Assembly: GCA_018003035.1 (NCBI GenBank) | Contig: JAGNEX010000007.1 | Span: 14,393 to 78,392, forward strand | Direction of reading: 5' to 3' | Source of the DNA: Acidimicrobiia bacterium | GTDB lineage: Bacteria; Actinomycetota; Acidimicrobiia; IMCC26256; JAGNEX01 | DNA: 64,000 nt | In this document: positions 9,707 through 18,445 of the stretch, one piece after another | Layout: each line of letters opens with the position of its first letter | Numbering within the stretch: the first letter of the stretch is position 1 | The notes under the pieces: model-generated | Told to the model about the DNA's origin: nothing | The model's database searches: none | What the model saw: the letters and a program-made list of their open reading frames with translations, nothing else | Program-made: the position numbers and the translations under genes

Positions 9707-10882
9707 TTGGCTATGCAGCACCCGTCGCTCAACGATTTGGCAGCGCTCGCCGAAGCGCTGAGGGCGAGGAGCGCCGACAACGGCGGACTTGCAGATGACC
9801 TCCGCTCGGCGCTGAGCACTACTGGCGATCGTTACACGGCCGCGGAGTTGGCTAGTGCGACCGGAGTGCCTCAATCCTTTGCCGACGATCTCTGGCGTGC
9901 CTCGGGTTTTGTGACGTCATACCCGGACGAGGCCGCCTTTGATGACCAGGACCGGCGGGCCCTTGAAGTCTCCTATGCCCTGCTGCAGTCGGGGTTGTTG
10001 AGCCGGGAACTCATTCTGCAAGAGGCCCGAGTGTTCAGCCAGGCGATGTCGACGTTGACGGCGTCACTGGTCGAGCTCTTCACCAAGGCATTCGATGCCG
10101 TCCCCGGCGACGAGGCCGGAACAGAGAATGCCCCACCAATCGCTCCCGACGCCGCGGCGCTGCTGGTAGGCGTCGGCGAAGACATCTTGGCGCACAGCTA
10201 CCGCCGCCACCTGCGCCAAGCGCTCAGGCAGGCCGACGCCGAACGCGACAACAGCCACGGCCATGACTCACACGCGATCGTCGGTTTTGCAGACCTCGTG
10301 GGGTTCACTGCCGGCGCCCAATCGCTCAGCGATGAAGAGTTGGCAACGCTGGTCAACCAGTTCAGCGAAGCGACCTCAGACGCAATCACCGAAGCGGGTG
10401 GCCGACTGGTCAAAACGATCGGCGACGAGGTGATGTTCGTCTTTGACGACATCGGCGCCGCAGCGACCGCGGCGCTGCGCATGGTGCTTGAGATTCCCGC
10501 GTCGACGGGGCTTGACGTCCGCATCGGACTGGCCTGCGGCCCGGTCGTTGCGCATCGGGGCGACGTCTTTGGCACCACGGTCAACCGGGCATCGCGCCTA
10601 GAACACCTTGCGCTGCCCGGTTCGGTGCTGGTCGACGAAGACATCGCCGAAACCCTGGACGAGTTTGAACACTTCGACATTCGGTGGCTCGCGGCCCGGA
10701 AGGTCAAAGGGCTGGGCGTTCAACGTTTTGCCGTGCTGCGCCTGCCCAAAGGGGTGACCGATACCGATGACTGCAGCGGTGTCGGTCCTTTGCCGGTGCT
10801 GGCTCTACCGATCCTCCAACGACGGAGGCCGATCCGGACGCGGCTACTCGAACGCCAACCCCATCTTCTGGAGGACGTCTAA
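9707..10882 (+). CDS. Class III adenylate/guanylate cyclase with ~190-aa N-terminal regulatory domain (Rv1264-like architecture)
   Basis: GFADLVGFT, KTIGDEVMFVF, GTTVNRASRLE. TTG 9707 directly abuts the TAA (9704-9706) of the upstream gene; ATG 9713 is an alternative start. Confidence 0.85.
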   Translation: MAMQHPSLNDLAALAEALRARSADNGGLADDLRSALSTTGDRYTAAELASATGVPQSFADDLWRASGFVTSYPDEAAFDDQDRRALEVSYALLQSGLLSRELILQEARVFSQAMSTLTASLVELFTKAFDAVPGDEAGTENAPPIAPDAAALLVGVGEDILAHSYRRHLRQALRQADAERDNSHGHDSHAIVGFADLVGFTAGAQSLSDEELATLVNQFSEATSDAITEAGGRLVKTIGDEVMFVFDDIGAAATAALRMVLEIPASTGLDVRIGLACGPVVAHRGDVFGTTVNRASRLEHLALPGSVLVDEDIAETLDEFEHFDIRWLAARKVKGLGVQRFAVLRLPKGVTDTDDCSGVGPLPVLALPILQRRRPIRTRLLERQPHLLEDV

Positions 10883-13180
10883 CAGGGCCGCCGGCGAATC
10901 GGGTGACCGGTCGCCAGGCTGGTAGGTAACCCCGTTCATGGGCCCGCTATAGGGAAAGGCCCCATGCCGTTCATAGACGTCCCAACTGACCGGGGAACGG
11001 CGGTCGATCCCGACGTCGATCCCTTGAAACGGCGCGATCGGGTACAGCATCGTCAGCGCCGGCGCCGAAGCGACGAGGGCACCATCGAGCACCACGTCCA
11101 GGTTCCAGACCAGCCCGCCAGGAGCCTCAAACTTCAGCACCAGGTTGTGTTGACCGACCCCGATCGGACCACCATCGACCACCGTCATGTCGCCATACGC
11201 GTTGTGCGCGTATCGCAGCTGTCCGTCTTCGACGTAACAGCAGTACCCGCCGCCCTGATCTCCGTGAGCGACGAGCATGCCCTGGTCCCCCGCTCGCACT
11301 TCGAAGGCGATGTCGACCGCAAATGACCGCGAAAAGATCAGCTGCAGGCTCCGGTAGCGCTCGAGAGTGGGCGTTTGAGGTCGGATAAAGACCGGAAGCG
11401 ACAGGACCGCCTCGGTCGGCGGTTTGGACATGTACTTAAAGCCCGAACCTTCATCCAGCGGATACACCTGGTTGTCCCAGGCAGCGTCTTCCCAGGCGGC
11501 GGCAAGTTCTGCGACTTTGTCCGGCCGCTTGGCTGCCAAGTTGTGAAGTTCGGTCGGGTCAGAGCGGAGGTCGTAGAGCTCCCATTCATGATCTCCGAAA
11601 GGGGTGAGCGGCTGATGAAGCGTGACTGCCTCCCAGCCCTCTCGATAGATCCCGCGGTGGCCGATCATCTCGCTGTACTGCTCGACATGCAACGACGGCG
11701 CGGCGTCGTCGGCCAAGGTGTGAGCGAAACTGACACCTTGGGGCTGGCGGACCGCTTTGCCGTGACGCTCCGTCGGAACCACCAGCCCAATGGCTTCGGT
11801 CAGGGTAGGCAACACGTCGGTGATATAGACGTACTGCCGACGTCGTTGTCCCGCTACCGGACCGAATCGTTCTGGCCAGCTGAAGAGCATCGGTACCGTA
11901 TGGCCACCTTGATGGGTGTTGATCTTGTACAGGCGGAACGGCGTGTTGCATGCCATTGCCCACCCCATCGGATAATGGGCAAGGGCCTGCGGACCACCGA
12001 GTTTGTCGAGGCGGGCGTAGTCGTGGCGCCAGTCGACCGGCTGGAGCGGATTGAGCACGCGAAAGTACGACGACGTGCCCATCCCCTGGCCTTCGCGGCT
12101 GGCCCCGTTGTCAGAGGTGAACACGACGATCGTGTTCTGCCAGCAATCCATGGCTTCGAGTTCTGCACGGAGGCGGCCGAAGTTCTGGTCGATGTTGTCC
12201 ACCATCGCGGCATAGATCGCCATGTACTTCGCGTAAAGGATCTGCTGTTCGGGTTCGAGTTCGTCCCACGCGGGCACGTCATGGCCGGGTTCTTGATTTC
12301 GCGGCGGAAGTTCGGTGCCGGGCTCGACGATCCCGAGTTCGATCTGGCGGGCGAACCGCTGTCGGCGGACCTCGTCCCAGCCATCGAGATAGGCGCCCTC
12401 ATACTTTGCGATATCTGCCGGTTTGGCCTGCAGGGGTGCGTGGACGGCGCCGTGAGAGAGATACAGCAAGAACGGCTGGGTGGGGTTTGACGCTGTGCGT
12501 TCGCGGATCATCGAGATCGCCTGGTCGGTGATGTCGTCGGTGAAGTAGTAGTCGTCTGGATAGGTGTCGACATCGACCAAGTGATTGTCGGCGATGAGCC
12601 GATGCGGCTGGTGAAGGTTGGTGAAGCCGTCGAGGATGCCGTAGAAGCGGTCAAAGCCTCGCTGACAGGGCCAAGAGCGCTGTGGACCTGCCGGTGAGCA
12701 GTGAGAGTCCTTGGTGAGGTGCCATTTGCCGACCATCAAGGTTGCGTACCCGTTGTGGCGAAAGACTTCGGCCATGGTGGCCGCGTCGTCGGCGAGTTCC
12801 ATCGCATAGCCAGGAAAGCCCGGGTCTGCGTGCGCGACGGTACCGATGCCGACGCTGTGCGGATTGCATCCGGTCAGGAGCGCTGCTCGCGTCGGCGAAC
12901 ACATTGGGGTGACGTGGAAGTTGGTGTAGGCAACGCCGTCGCTCGCGAGCCGGTCCAAGTTGGGGGTGTCGATCTCGCCGCCGAACGCTCCCAGGTCTGA
13001 GTACCCCAAGTCGTCGCACAACACGACGATCACATTTGGTGCGCCCTGGCTTGGGACCGGTTCGGGCGGCCACCACCCCTCCGACCCGGCGAAGGTCCTG
13101 CCAACACGGCCGGGAAACCCGGGATATGAGCGACCAGGGCCCGGCTCAGGGGCAGGACTTGTTGTGCTCACAGTCGCCAT
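10844..13180 (-). CDS. Cys-type arylsulfatase, long AtsA-like form (778 aa) with C-terminal beta-rich extension
   Basis: CSPTRAALLTG (C-x-P-x-R formylglycine motif), VLCDDLGYSD, GKWHL, FTSDNG. ATG at 13180 is preceded by GGGAG. The upstream 74 codons of the ORF are discounted. Confidence 0.9.
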   Translation of the reverse strand: MATVSTTSPAPEPGPGRSYPGFPGRVGRTFAGSEGWWPPEPVPSQGAPNVIVVLCDDLGYSDLGAFGGEIDTPNLDRLASDGVAYTNFHVTPMCSPTRAALLTGCNPHSVGIGTVAHADPGFPGYAMELADDAATMAEVFRHNGYATLMVGKWHLTKDSHCSPAGPQRSWPCQRGFDRFYGILDGFTNLHQPHRLIADNHLVDVDTYPDDYYFTDDITDQAISMIRERTASNPTQPFLLYLSHGAVHAPLQAKPADIAKYEGAYLDGWDEVRRQRFARQIELGIVEPGTELPPRNQEPGHDVPAWDELEPEQQILYAKYMAIYAAMVDNIDQNFGRLRAELEAMDCWQNTIVVFTSDNGASREGQGMGTSSYFRVLNPLQPVDWRHDYARLDKLGGPQALAHYPMGWAMACNTPFRLYKINTHQGGHTVPMLFSWPERFGPVAGQRRRQYVYITDVLPTLTEAIGLVVPTERHGKAVRQPQGVSFAHTLADDAAPSLHVEQYSEMIGHRGIYREGWEAVTLHQPLTPFGDHEWELYDLRSDPTELHNLAAKRPDKVAELAAAWEDAAWDNQVYPLDEGSGFKYMSKPPTEAVLSLPVFIRPQTPTLERYRSLQLIFSRSFAVDIAFEVRAGDQGMLVAHGDQGGGYCCYVEDGQLRYAHNAYGDMTVVDGGPIGVGQHNLVLKFEAPGGLVWNLDVVLDGALVASAPALTMLYPIAPFQGIDVGIDRRSPVSWDVYERHGAFPYSGPMNGVTYQPGDRSPDSPAALLDVLQKMGLAFE

Positions 13181-13192
13181 GGCTCCCTCTCG

Positions 13193-13227
13193 ACTGAACT
13201 GGACTGAACCGAACTGGACTGAGCTGG
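13193..13227. repeat. Degenerate pentanucleotide tandem repeat (ACTGR)x7, also readable as a 15-bp direct repeat GAACTGGACTGA x2
   Basis: ACTGA ACTGG ACTGA ACCGA ACTGG ACTGA GCTGG. It starts 13 nt upstream of the sulfatase ATG (13180, minus strand). Confidence 0.7.
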
Positions 13228-13254
13228 TGCACCGGCTAATCCAGTCAGGTTGCG

Positions 13255-13269
13255 GCCGTAGTCTACGGC
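13255..13269. promoter_or_regulatory. Perfect 15-bp palindrome GCCGTAGTCTACGGC in the sulfatase/USP divergent intergenic region
   Basis: 7-bp arms around a central T, followed by TGTCGCG-c-TGTCGCG (13272-13286). Confidence 0.3.
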
Positions 13270-13520
13270 GATGTCGCGCTGTCGCGATCTGATAAGTGAT
13301 CCGACCATCGCTCCGTCGGAAGGGACAGTGCCTCCCTGCTGCCAACGGACCGTGCAGCGGGCAAACCAGCTCGGCACGAACCAGACGATCCGGGCCTACC
13401 ATGCGGGTCTTGCGGGCCGTCGACGCGGCGACCTAACAAGGCCTCGCGGAGAGGCCGGTTCGGACCGAGGCCGGCGTTCCCCAGAAGCGGTACGCGGCCG
13501 CCCTGCGCGAGACTGCCGAA

Positions 13521-14462
13521 ATGCCGGATCAGGTAGAAAACCCGCAGCAGCAGACCAATGACCATCCGTTTTCGGCGATCACGGTCGGTTATGACGGTTC
13601 CGACGCCTCTCGGGAAGCTGTCTTGTGGGCGATTTCGGCAGCCAACCGACACAGGGGCTCGGTCCGAGTCATTTCGGCATGGAAATCCGATAACGACCGC
13701 CGCGGGCCCTCGTGGGTACCGCACCGCGAACCAAGCGCCGCTGAACGGGCAGAGGCGTTGGCGTCCGGCAAGGCCGACCTGAACGCGTTTATCGCCTCGA
13801 TCCGCCCGACCGTACCGGTCACCGCCGACGCGACACTTTGCGACGGGCCGGTCGCCGACGTCTTGATCGCCAGCGCGCCGACCGGCGTGTTAGCCCTGGG
13901 CAATCGGCAGCGCTCGCGGCTGGCATCGTACGCGGTTGGTTCGGTCGCTCATTCGGTGATGGCTAGATCCACCGGCGTGACCGTGCTGGTGCCACAGGCC
14001 CGACCGCGTCTGGGCGCGGCGGAACCGACCGATGTGATCGTTGGTGTGGACGGGTCAGCAACGTCGGTGCAAGCACTCCGCTGGGCTGTCAACGCGTTCG
14101 CTGGCACCCCATCGGCGATCATCGCCGTTGCGTGCGCTCCGCCGGACAGTTCGCCGACAGGCATGCTGATTTCGCCATGGACGTTAACGACCGACGAACT
14201 GCTTGAGCGCGCCGACCAGGTCGTGATGGAAGCGGCGCGCCGCGTGCTCGCCGACCGGCCGGCGTCGGCCCCTGCGGCCTCTATCCAGACCCGGGCCGCG
14301 GTGGCGCACGCGGATGAGGCGCTCGGCGAGGCTTCTGCGACGTCTGCCCTGATCGTGTTGGGGGCGACCGGAGCGACCGACATTCGGGACCGAATCTTGG
14401 GGTCTACCGCTGCACGAACCATTCAGCGAGCGGTCTGTGCCGTCGCGGTCATTCACGGCTGA
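13521..14462 (+). CDS. Tandem universal stress protein (two UspA domains)
   Basis: Two repeats of the USP pattern (ITVGYDGSDAS... / VIVGVDGSATS...), each ending in G-x-xG...S(A/T) ATP-binding-like segments (LGNRQRSRLASYAVGSV, LGATGATDIRDRILGST). Confidence 0.85.
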   Translation: MPDQVENPQQQTNDHPFSAITVGYDGSDASREAVLWAISAANRHRGSVRVISAWKSDNDRRGPSWVPHREPSAAERAEALASGKADLNAFIASIRPTVPVTADATLCDGPVADVLIASAPTGVLALGNRQRSRLASYAVGSVAHSVMARSTGVTVLVPQARPRLGAAEPTDVIVGVDGSATSVQALRWAVNAFAGTPSAIIAVACAPPDSSPTGMLISPWTLTTDELLERADQVVMEAARRVLADRPASAPAASIQTRAAVAHADEALGEASATSALIVLGATGATDIRDRILGSTAARTIQRAVCAVAVIHG

Positions 14463-14566
14463 AGCAGCCCTTTCCCCGTACTAACCGTCGAATCGTTTAT
14501 CGGTACGCTTAGGAACCGACCGTCGTCGCCGGAAGCCCCGCGACGCACTCGATTTAGGACGGGACC

Positions 14567-15298
14567 GTGGCAAATCAGCAGTCAGCAGCGATCGCACCGA
14601 TGACCAGTTCTAACAAGGCGTTCTCCCCGATGCTCGGGGCACTCGCCATCGCCGCGGCCCTTTTCATCGCGCTCTTAGCATCATGCAGCAGCGACGACGC
14701 CGACACCGGCGTCGCGTTGACCAAAGCCCAGATCGACGCGGGAGCGGTACCGGCCGAGGACCAAGTCGAGGGCGAAACCGGACCGGTCGAAGCCGACGGT
14801 TCGGCACTCCCCCCCTTTGACGCATCGACGGAAGACCCAGCCATTGGCAAGGCCGCGCCCGTCCTCGACATCACCCGCTTTGACGGCACCGAAGAGGTCA
14901 TCGATCCGGCCGACGGCACCGGTCGAGTCTTTTCCTTCGTCGCCCATTGGTGCCCTCACTGCCAACGAGAAGTGCCCGTGATGACCCAATGGCTGCACGA
15001 CACCGACTTGCCGAGTGACGTCCAATTCGTCGTGGTATCGACGGGCGTTCAAGAAGGCCAGCCCAACTATCCCCCGTCAGAGTGGCTGCACAACGCCGGC
15101 CTCCCGGCCCTCGTGGTACGAGACGACGCCATTCCCGGGCCAAACAACACGATCAGCTACCCGGCAGCTGTCGCCTACGGACTTGGGGGATACCCCTACT
15201 TTGTCGTCACCGACGGCACCGGCAAGGTGGTGTACCGGACGAGCGGCGAACAGACCGTTGAGCAACTCGCCGACATGGTCAAGCGGGCTCAGGGATAG
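14567..15298 (+). CDS. TlpA/ResA-like thiol-disulfide oxidoreductase lipoprotein
   Basis: Signal peptide with lipobox LLASC, and thioredoxin-fold WCPHC active site. Confidence 0.85.
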   Translation: MANQQSAAIAPMTSSNKAFSPMLGALAIAAALFIALLASCSSDDADTGVALTKAQIDAGAVPAEDQVEGETGPVEADGSALPPFDASTEDPAIGKAAPVLDITRFDGTEEVIDPADGTGRVFSFVAHWCPHCQREVPVMTQWLHDTDLPSDVQFVVVSTGVQEGQPNYPPSEWLHNAGLPALVVRDDAIPGPNNTISYPAAVAYGLGGYPYFVVTDGTGKVVYRTSGEQTVEQLADMVKRAQG

Positions 15299-15380
15299 GA
15301 CGTCGGGTCACACAACCAACTGGTACGCCGTTAGGCGTCACGGGCCGGTGAGCCGAGGTGAACGCCCAGCGACAGGTGCC

Positions 15381-16298
15381 TTACTTGGCCGTTCTCGATC
15401 CCCTTGCCCTGCCGAGCCGTCGTAGCGCCGACGCCGACAGCAGGCCGCCAGTCAGTAGCAACTCCATGCGATCCGCCAGTTTGAGCGCCTGTTCGACGTC
15501 TTGAGAACCGGGGTCGGATCCGGTTCCGAGCACCGGTTGGACACCCATCTGGTCCATATCGCCACCGAGTTGTACGTCGAGGGCCGCGGCGAAAGCCTGC
15601 TGAGCGATTGCAAGGTTGGGCGCCGGGTGATCGGCGGGCACACCATTCTTCAAGGCGCTGAGTATGGCGGGGGCCTTCGTTGGCTTGGCGACGGCGACCA
15701 ACAATGCGGTCAACCGGGCGGGAAGCCACAGCGCAATGTCATCGATCTGGCTGATTAGGGCGGGACCTTGCGCGCCAGAAGACCGACCGACCAAGAAGTC
15801 AGCTCGTCGAGCGAGTTTGTAACCTCCCAGACCGGCAGCACCGCCGACTCCGGCCCACAGGGCTGGCGCGACCAGGTTGGTGACGGCGTCAGAAGCGACG
15901 GTTTCGATCGCTAAGCGAGACACCGAACCGGGGGTTACTTCCAGGAGTGACCGGCCCGACAGCTCTTCGACCGTACGAGCGGCGGCTTGCAGGTCACCGA
16001 TCGCCAACTGCTGGCTGGCAAGACGTCCTTCACGTTGAGCGCTTTGATCGGCTGTCGCTGCAGCGGTTGCTACCGCCATCGAACGCAGAGCTGGCCCCAT
16101 CGCGACCGCAGCGCCGGTACCGGCCACCGCTGCCAATGCTCCCGTCCATGCAGGATCCGCGCCCACCCGATCGGCGGCCTTATTACCCCACCCTCGAAAC
16201 GTTGCAGCGATATCGCCTCGGCTGGGGACCGATCCAAACACTCGGTTCAACAACAGGCCGAGGGCGATGCCTTCGGATCGAGTCAAAGAGCCGGCCAC
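15381..16298 (-). CDS. CobD/CbiB-family membrane protein (divergent N-terminus)
   Basis: AIETVASDAVTNLVAPALW, IDDIALWLPARLTALL and HPAPNLAIAQQAFAAALDVQLGG resemble CbiB conserved blocks. GTG start lies 6 nt after GGAGG. The HPV motif near the N-terminus was not seen. Confidence 0.6.
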   Translation of the reverse strand: MAGSLTRSEGIALGLLLNRVFGSVPSRGDIAATFRGWGNKAADRVGADPAWTGALAAVAGTGAAVAMGPALRSMAVATAAATADQSAQREGRLASQQLAIGDLQAAARTVEELSGRSLLEVTPGSVSRLAIETVASDAVTNLVAPALWAGVGGAAGLGGYKLARRADFLVGRSSGAQGPALISQIDDIALWLPARLTALLVAVAKPTKAPAILSALKNGVPADHPAPNLAIAQQAFAAALDVQLGGDMDQMGVQPVLGTGSDPGSQDVEQALKLADRMELLLTGGLLSASALRRLGRARGSRTAK

Positions 16299-16349
16299 GG
16301 CGTTCCTCCAACGTTGAAGCGGACGATCCCCTGAGCGTACCGGGTGACG

Positions 16350-17000
16350 CTAAGCCTTTGAATCCACCGTTGTACGCGGCGCTGCGTTCTCGAGCGCCGG
16401 TCCGACGATTCCAAACACCGCAAGCCCGGTGGTCGCACCCAATCCAAGCCCCACGATGACGTCCATAGTCCAGTGTTCTCCCAGCACAACACGACCGATG
16501 GCGACCATCACAGCGACGACCGTTGCGGCGATCCCTGCTTTGCGGCCCCACAACGCCCAGATGGTGACAGCCGCCAGCCCGACCAGGGTCGAATGTCCCG
16601 ACGGGAACGAGAATCCGTCGCTCGATGCCCCTTGTAGACCACAGCACAGGTCCGCAGCGGTCGGGCGCGCCCGCCCAACGGCACCCTTCATCATCAGCAT
16701 GACCCAGTACCCGGTCAGCATTGCCGCAACGCTCAGCAGCGCCGCTCGACGGGTCGAGAACCACACCGCCAAGACGGAAATGGCGAGCGCGGCGGGCAGG
16801 GTGCCAAAGATCATGATCAGCGAGAATCCGTCGCTGACAAAGTCGGGAAGCTCTCCGACTTTGGACGTAATCGTCCGTTCCCAGCCCATTGGTTCAGAAC
16901 CGATGGTGACCGCTAACACGCCAATCGCCAAGACGGAAACGATCACGATCGCCGCACAGTTGCGGGGTGAGGGAAACGACTTGTCATCTTTCGTGTTCAC
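16350..17000 (-). CDS. PAP2-family membrane phosphatase
   Basis: KGAVGRARP ... SFPSGHS ... GRVVLGEHWTMDV give the PAP2 KxxxxxxRP / PSGH / SRxxxxxHxxxD-like pattern. 5-6 TM. Only the 3' 651 nt of the 849-aa ORF is credible; GTG 17000 is the proposed start. Confidence 0.75.
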   Translation of the reverse strand: MNTKDDKSFPSPRNCAAIVIVSVLAIGVLAVTIGSEPMGWERTITSKVGELPDFVSDGFSLIMIFGTLPAALAISVLAVWFSTRRAALLSVAAMLTGYWVMLMMKGAVGRARPTAADLCCGLQGASSDGFSFPSGHSTLVGLAAVTIWALWGRKAGIAATVVAVMVAIGRVVLGEHWTMDVIVGLGLGATTGLAVFGIVGPALENAAPRTTVDSKA

Positions 17001-17102
17001 GACGAACAACGATAGACAGGGCACTGGCTCAACGCCGCCCTGAACACACCCGTTCGCGTGCGAAGAGCAACACCTTCCTGACCACCGGACGATAGGAAGC
17101 CG

Positions 17103-18365
17103 ATGTCTGACAACCCGACAAACCGTTTCTCGACCGAGGCCGGCAGCAATCCGGCCGACGCACTCTTCTTCTGGACCGGCGGACCGACCCAAGTAGCAGA
17201 ACGGACGTGGTTTCAAAGCGCCTTTAGCGGGGTGACCGCGTTTGAAACCGACGCGGGGCTCGTCCTGGTCGACTCGGGTCTGGTTCCGCTCGCGCCGACG
17301 TTGGCCGAGAAGGTGAGGCAGGTTTCGAACCAGCCGGTCCACACCGCCATCTACACCCACGGACACGTCGACCACGCCTACGGACTCGCAGCGTTCCTCA
17401 CCGAGGACCAGCACCCCCCGGCCGTCATTGCGCATGAGGCGCTGCTTCAGCGTTTGGCCAGGTATCGAGAGACCGGCGGATACAACCGTGCGGTAAACGC
17501 CCGGCAGTTTCAGGCACAGCCCGACGGAGACATCGCAGGTGTTGACTTCACGGGGGCGATGATCGAACCGACCATGACCTATGACGACCAGATAACCGTC
17601 GACGTCGGCGGGGTCCACTTTGAGCTGCATCATGCTCGCGGTGAAACCGACGATCACACATGGGTCTTCTGCCCGGAGCGTTCGGTCCTCTGTACCGGTG
17701 ATCTCATCATCTGGGCGGCCCCAAACGCTGGGAACCCGCAGAAGGTGCAGCGTTACCCATGGGATTGGGCCGCGGCGCTGCGCCGTATGGACGCCCTCGG
17801 GGCTCGCTCGCTTTGCCCGGGACACGGGGGCCCGGTCGTCGACGATCCGGCGCTGGTTCACAGAATTCTCAGCGAAACCGCGGACTTCCTCGAAGTGATC
17901 GTCGAACGCACCCTCGCGCTGATGAACGATGGCGCCCCTCCACATGTGGACATCGTCAGACAGGTAGAGCTTCCTCAGTCGGATTCGCCCTGGTTGGCAC
18001 CGGTCTATGACGAGGGCGAGTTCATCGTCCGCAACGTCATCCGCTACTTCGGTGGTTGGTATTCGGGGCGTCCGTCCGAACTCAAACCGGCGCCTCGGGA
18101 CGCGTTGGCCGCGGCCGTTGCGACGATGGCCGGCAGCTCGACCGCGATCATCGAACACGCGCAGCGCGCCGCTGCTACTGGCGATCTTGCGGTCGCCTGC
18201 CATCTGGCCGACTTCGCCCTCGAAGCCACGCCAGACGACCAAGCGGTTCAAGCTGCGGTCGCCGACCTGTACGAGCGGCGCGCCAGCTCCGAAACGTCGC
18301 TGATGTCGATCAACCTGTACCGTTCCGCGGCCGCATATGCGCGCCAAGGGCGTCCGTTCCGGTAG
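17103..18365 (+). CDS. Metallo-beta-lactamase-fold alkyl/aryl-sulfatase-like protein (MBL + dimerisation domain, no SCP2 tail)
   Basis: YTHGHVDHA (HxHxDH). RYFGGWYSGRPSEL...GDLAVACHLADFAL resembles the SdsA1/BDS1 dimerisation domain. Confidence 0.8.
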   Translation: MSDNPTNRFSTEAGSNPADALFFWTGGPTQVAERTWFQSAFSGVTAFETDAGLVLVDSGLVPLAPTLAEKVRQVSNQPVHTAIYTHGHVDHAYGLAAFLTEDQHPPAVIAHEALLQRLARYRETGGYNRAVNARQFQAQPDGDIAGVDFTGAMIEPTMTYDDQITVDVGGVHFELHHARGETDDHTWVFCPERSVLCTGDLIIWAAPNAGNPQKVQRYPWDWAAALRRMDALGARSLCPGHGGPVVDDPALVHRILSETADFLEVIVERTLALMNDGAPPHVDIVRQVELPQSDSPWLAPVYDEGEFIVRNVIRYFGGWYSGRPSELKPAPRDALAAAVATMAGSSTAIIEHAQRAAATGDLAVACHLADFALEATPDDQAVQAAVADLYERRASSETSLMSINLYRSAAAYARQGRPFR

Positions 18366-18445
18366 TCGGCCGATTGCGCTGGCAGGCAGCGTCGGAGCCA
18401 ACCTGTCCTTCGCACACACATTTCCGTGGAACTGACACCGAACAC

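Noticed and set aside
10844-10882. 39-nt convergent overlap of the cyclase and sulfatase 3' ends as a regulatory feature
   Set aside because: The cyclase tail after the catalytic domain is low-information. The overlap is most simply a coincidence of stop-codon positions in GC-rich DNA.
13181-13520. Possible cobalamin or other known riboswitch in the 340-bp spacer
   Set aside because: A GGTGC...AATCC fragment near 13226-13243 looked reminiscent of one. However, no B12 box (GCCACTG-like) or GGGAA core was found, and the orientation relative to the flanking genes does not fit. It is kept only as unexplained structure in the findings.
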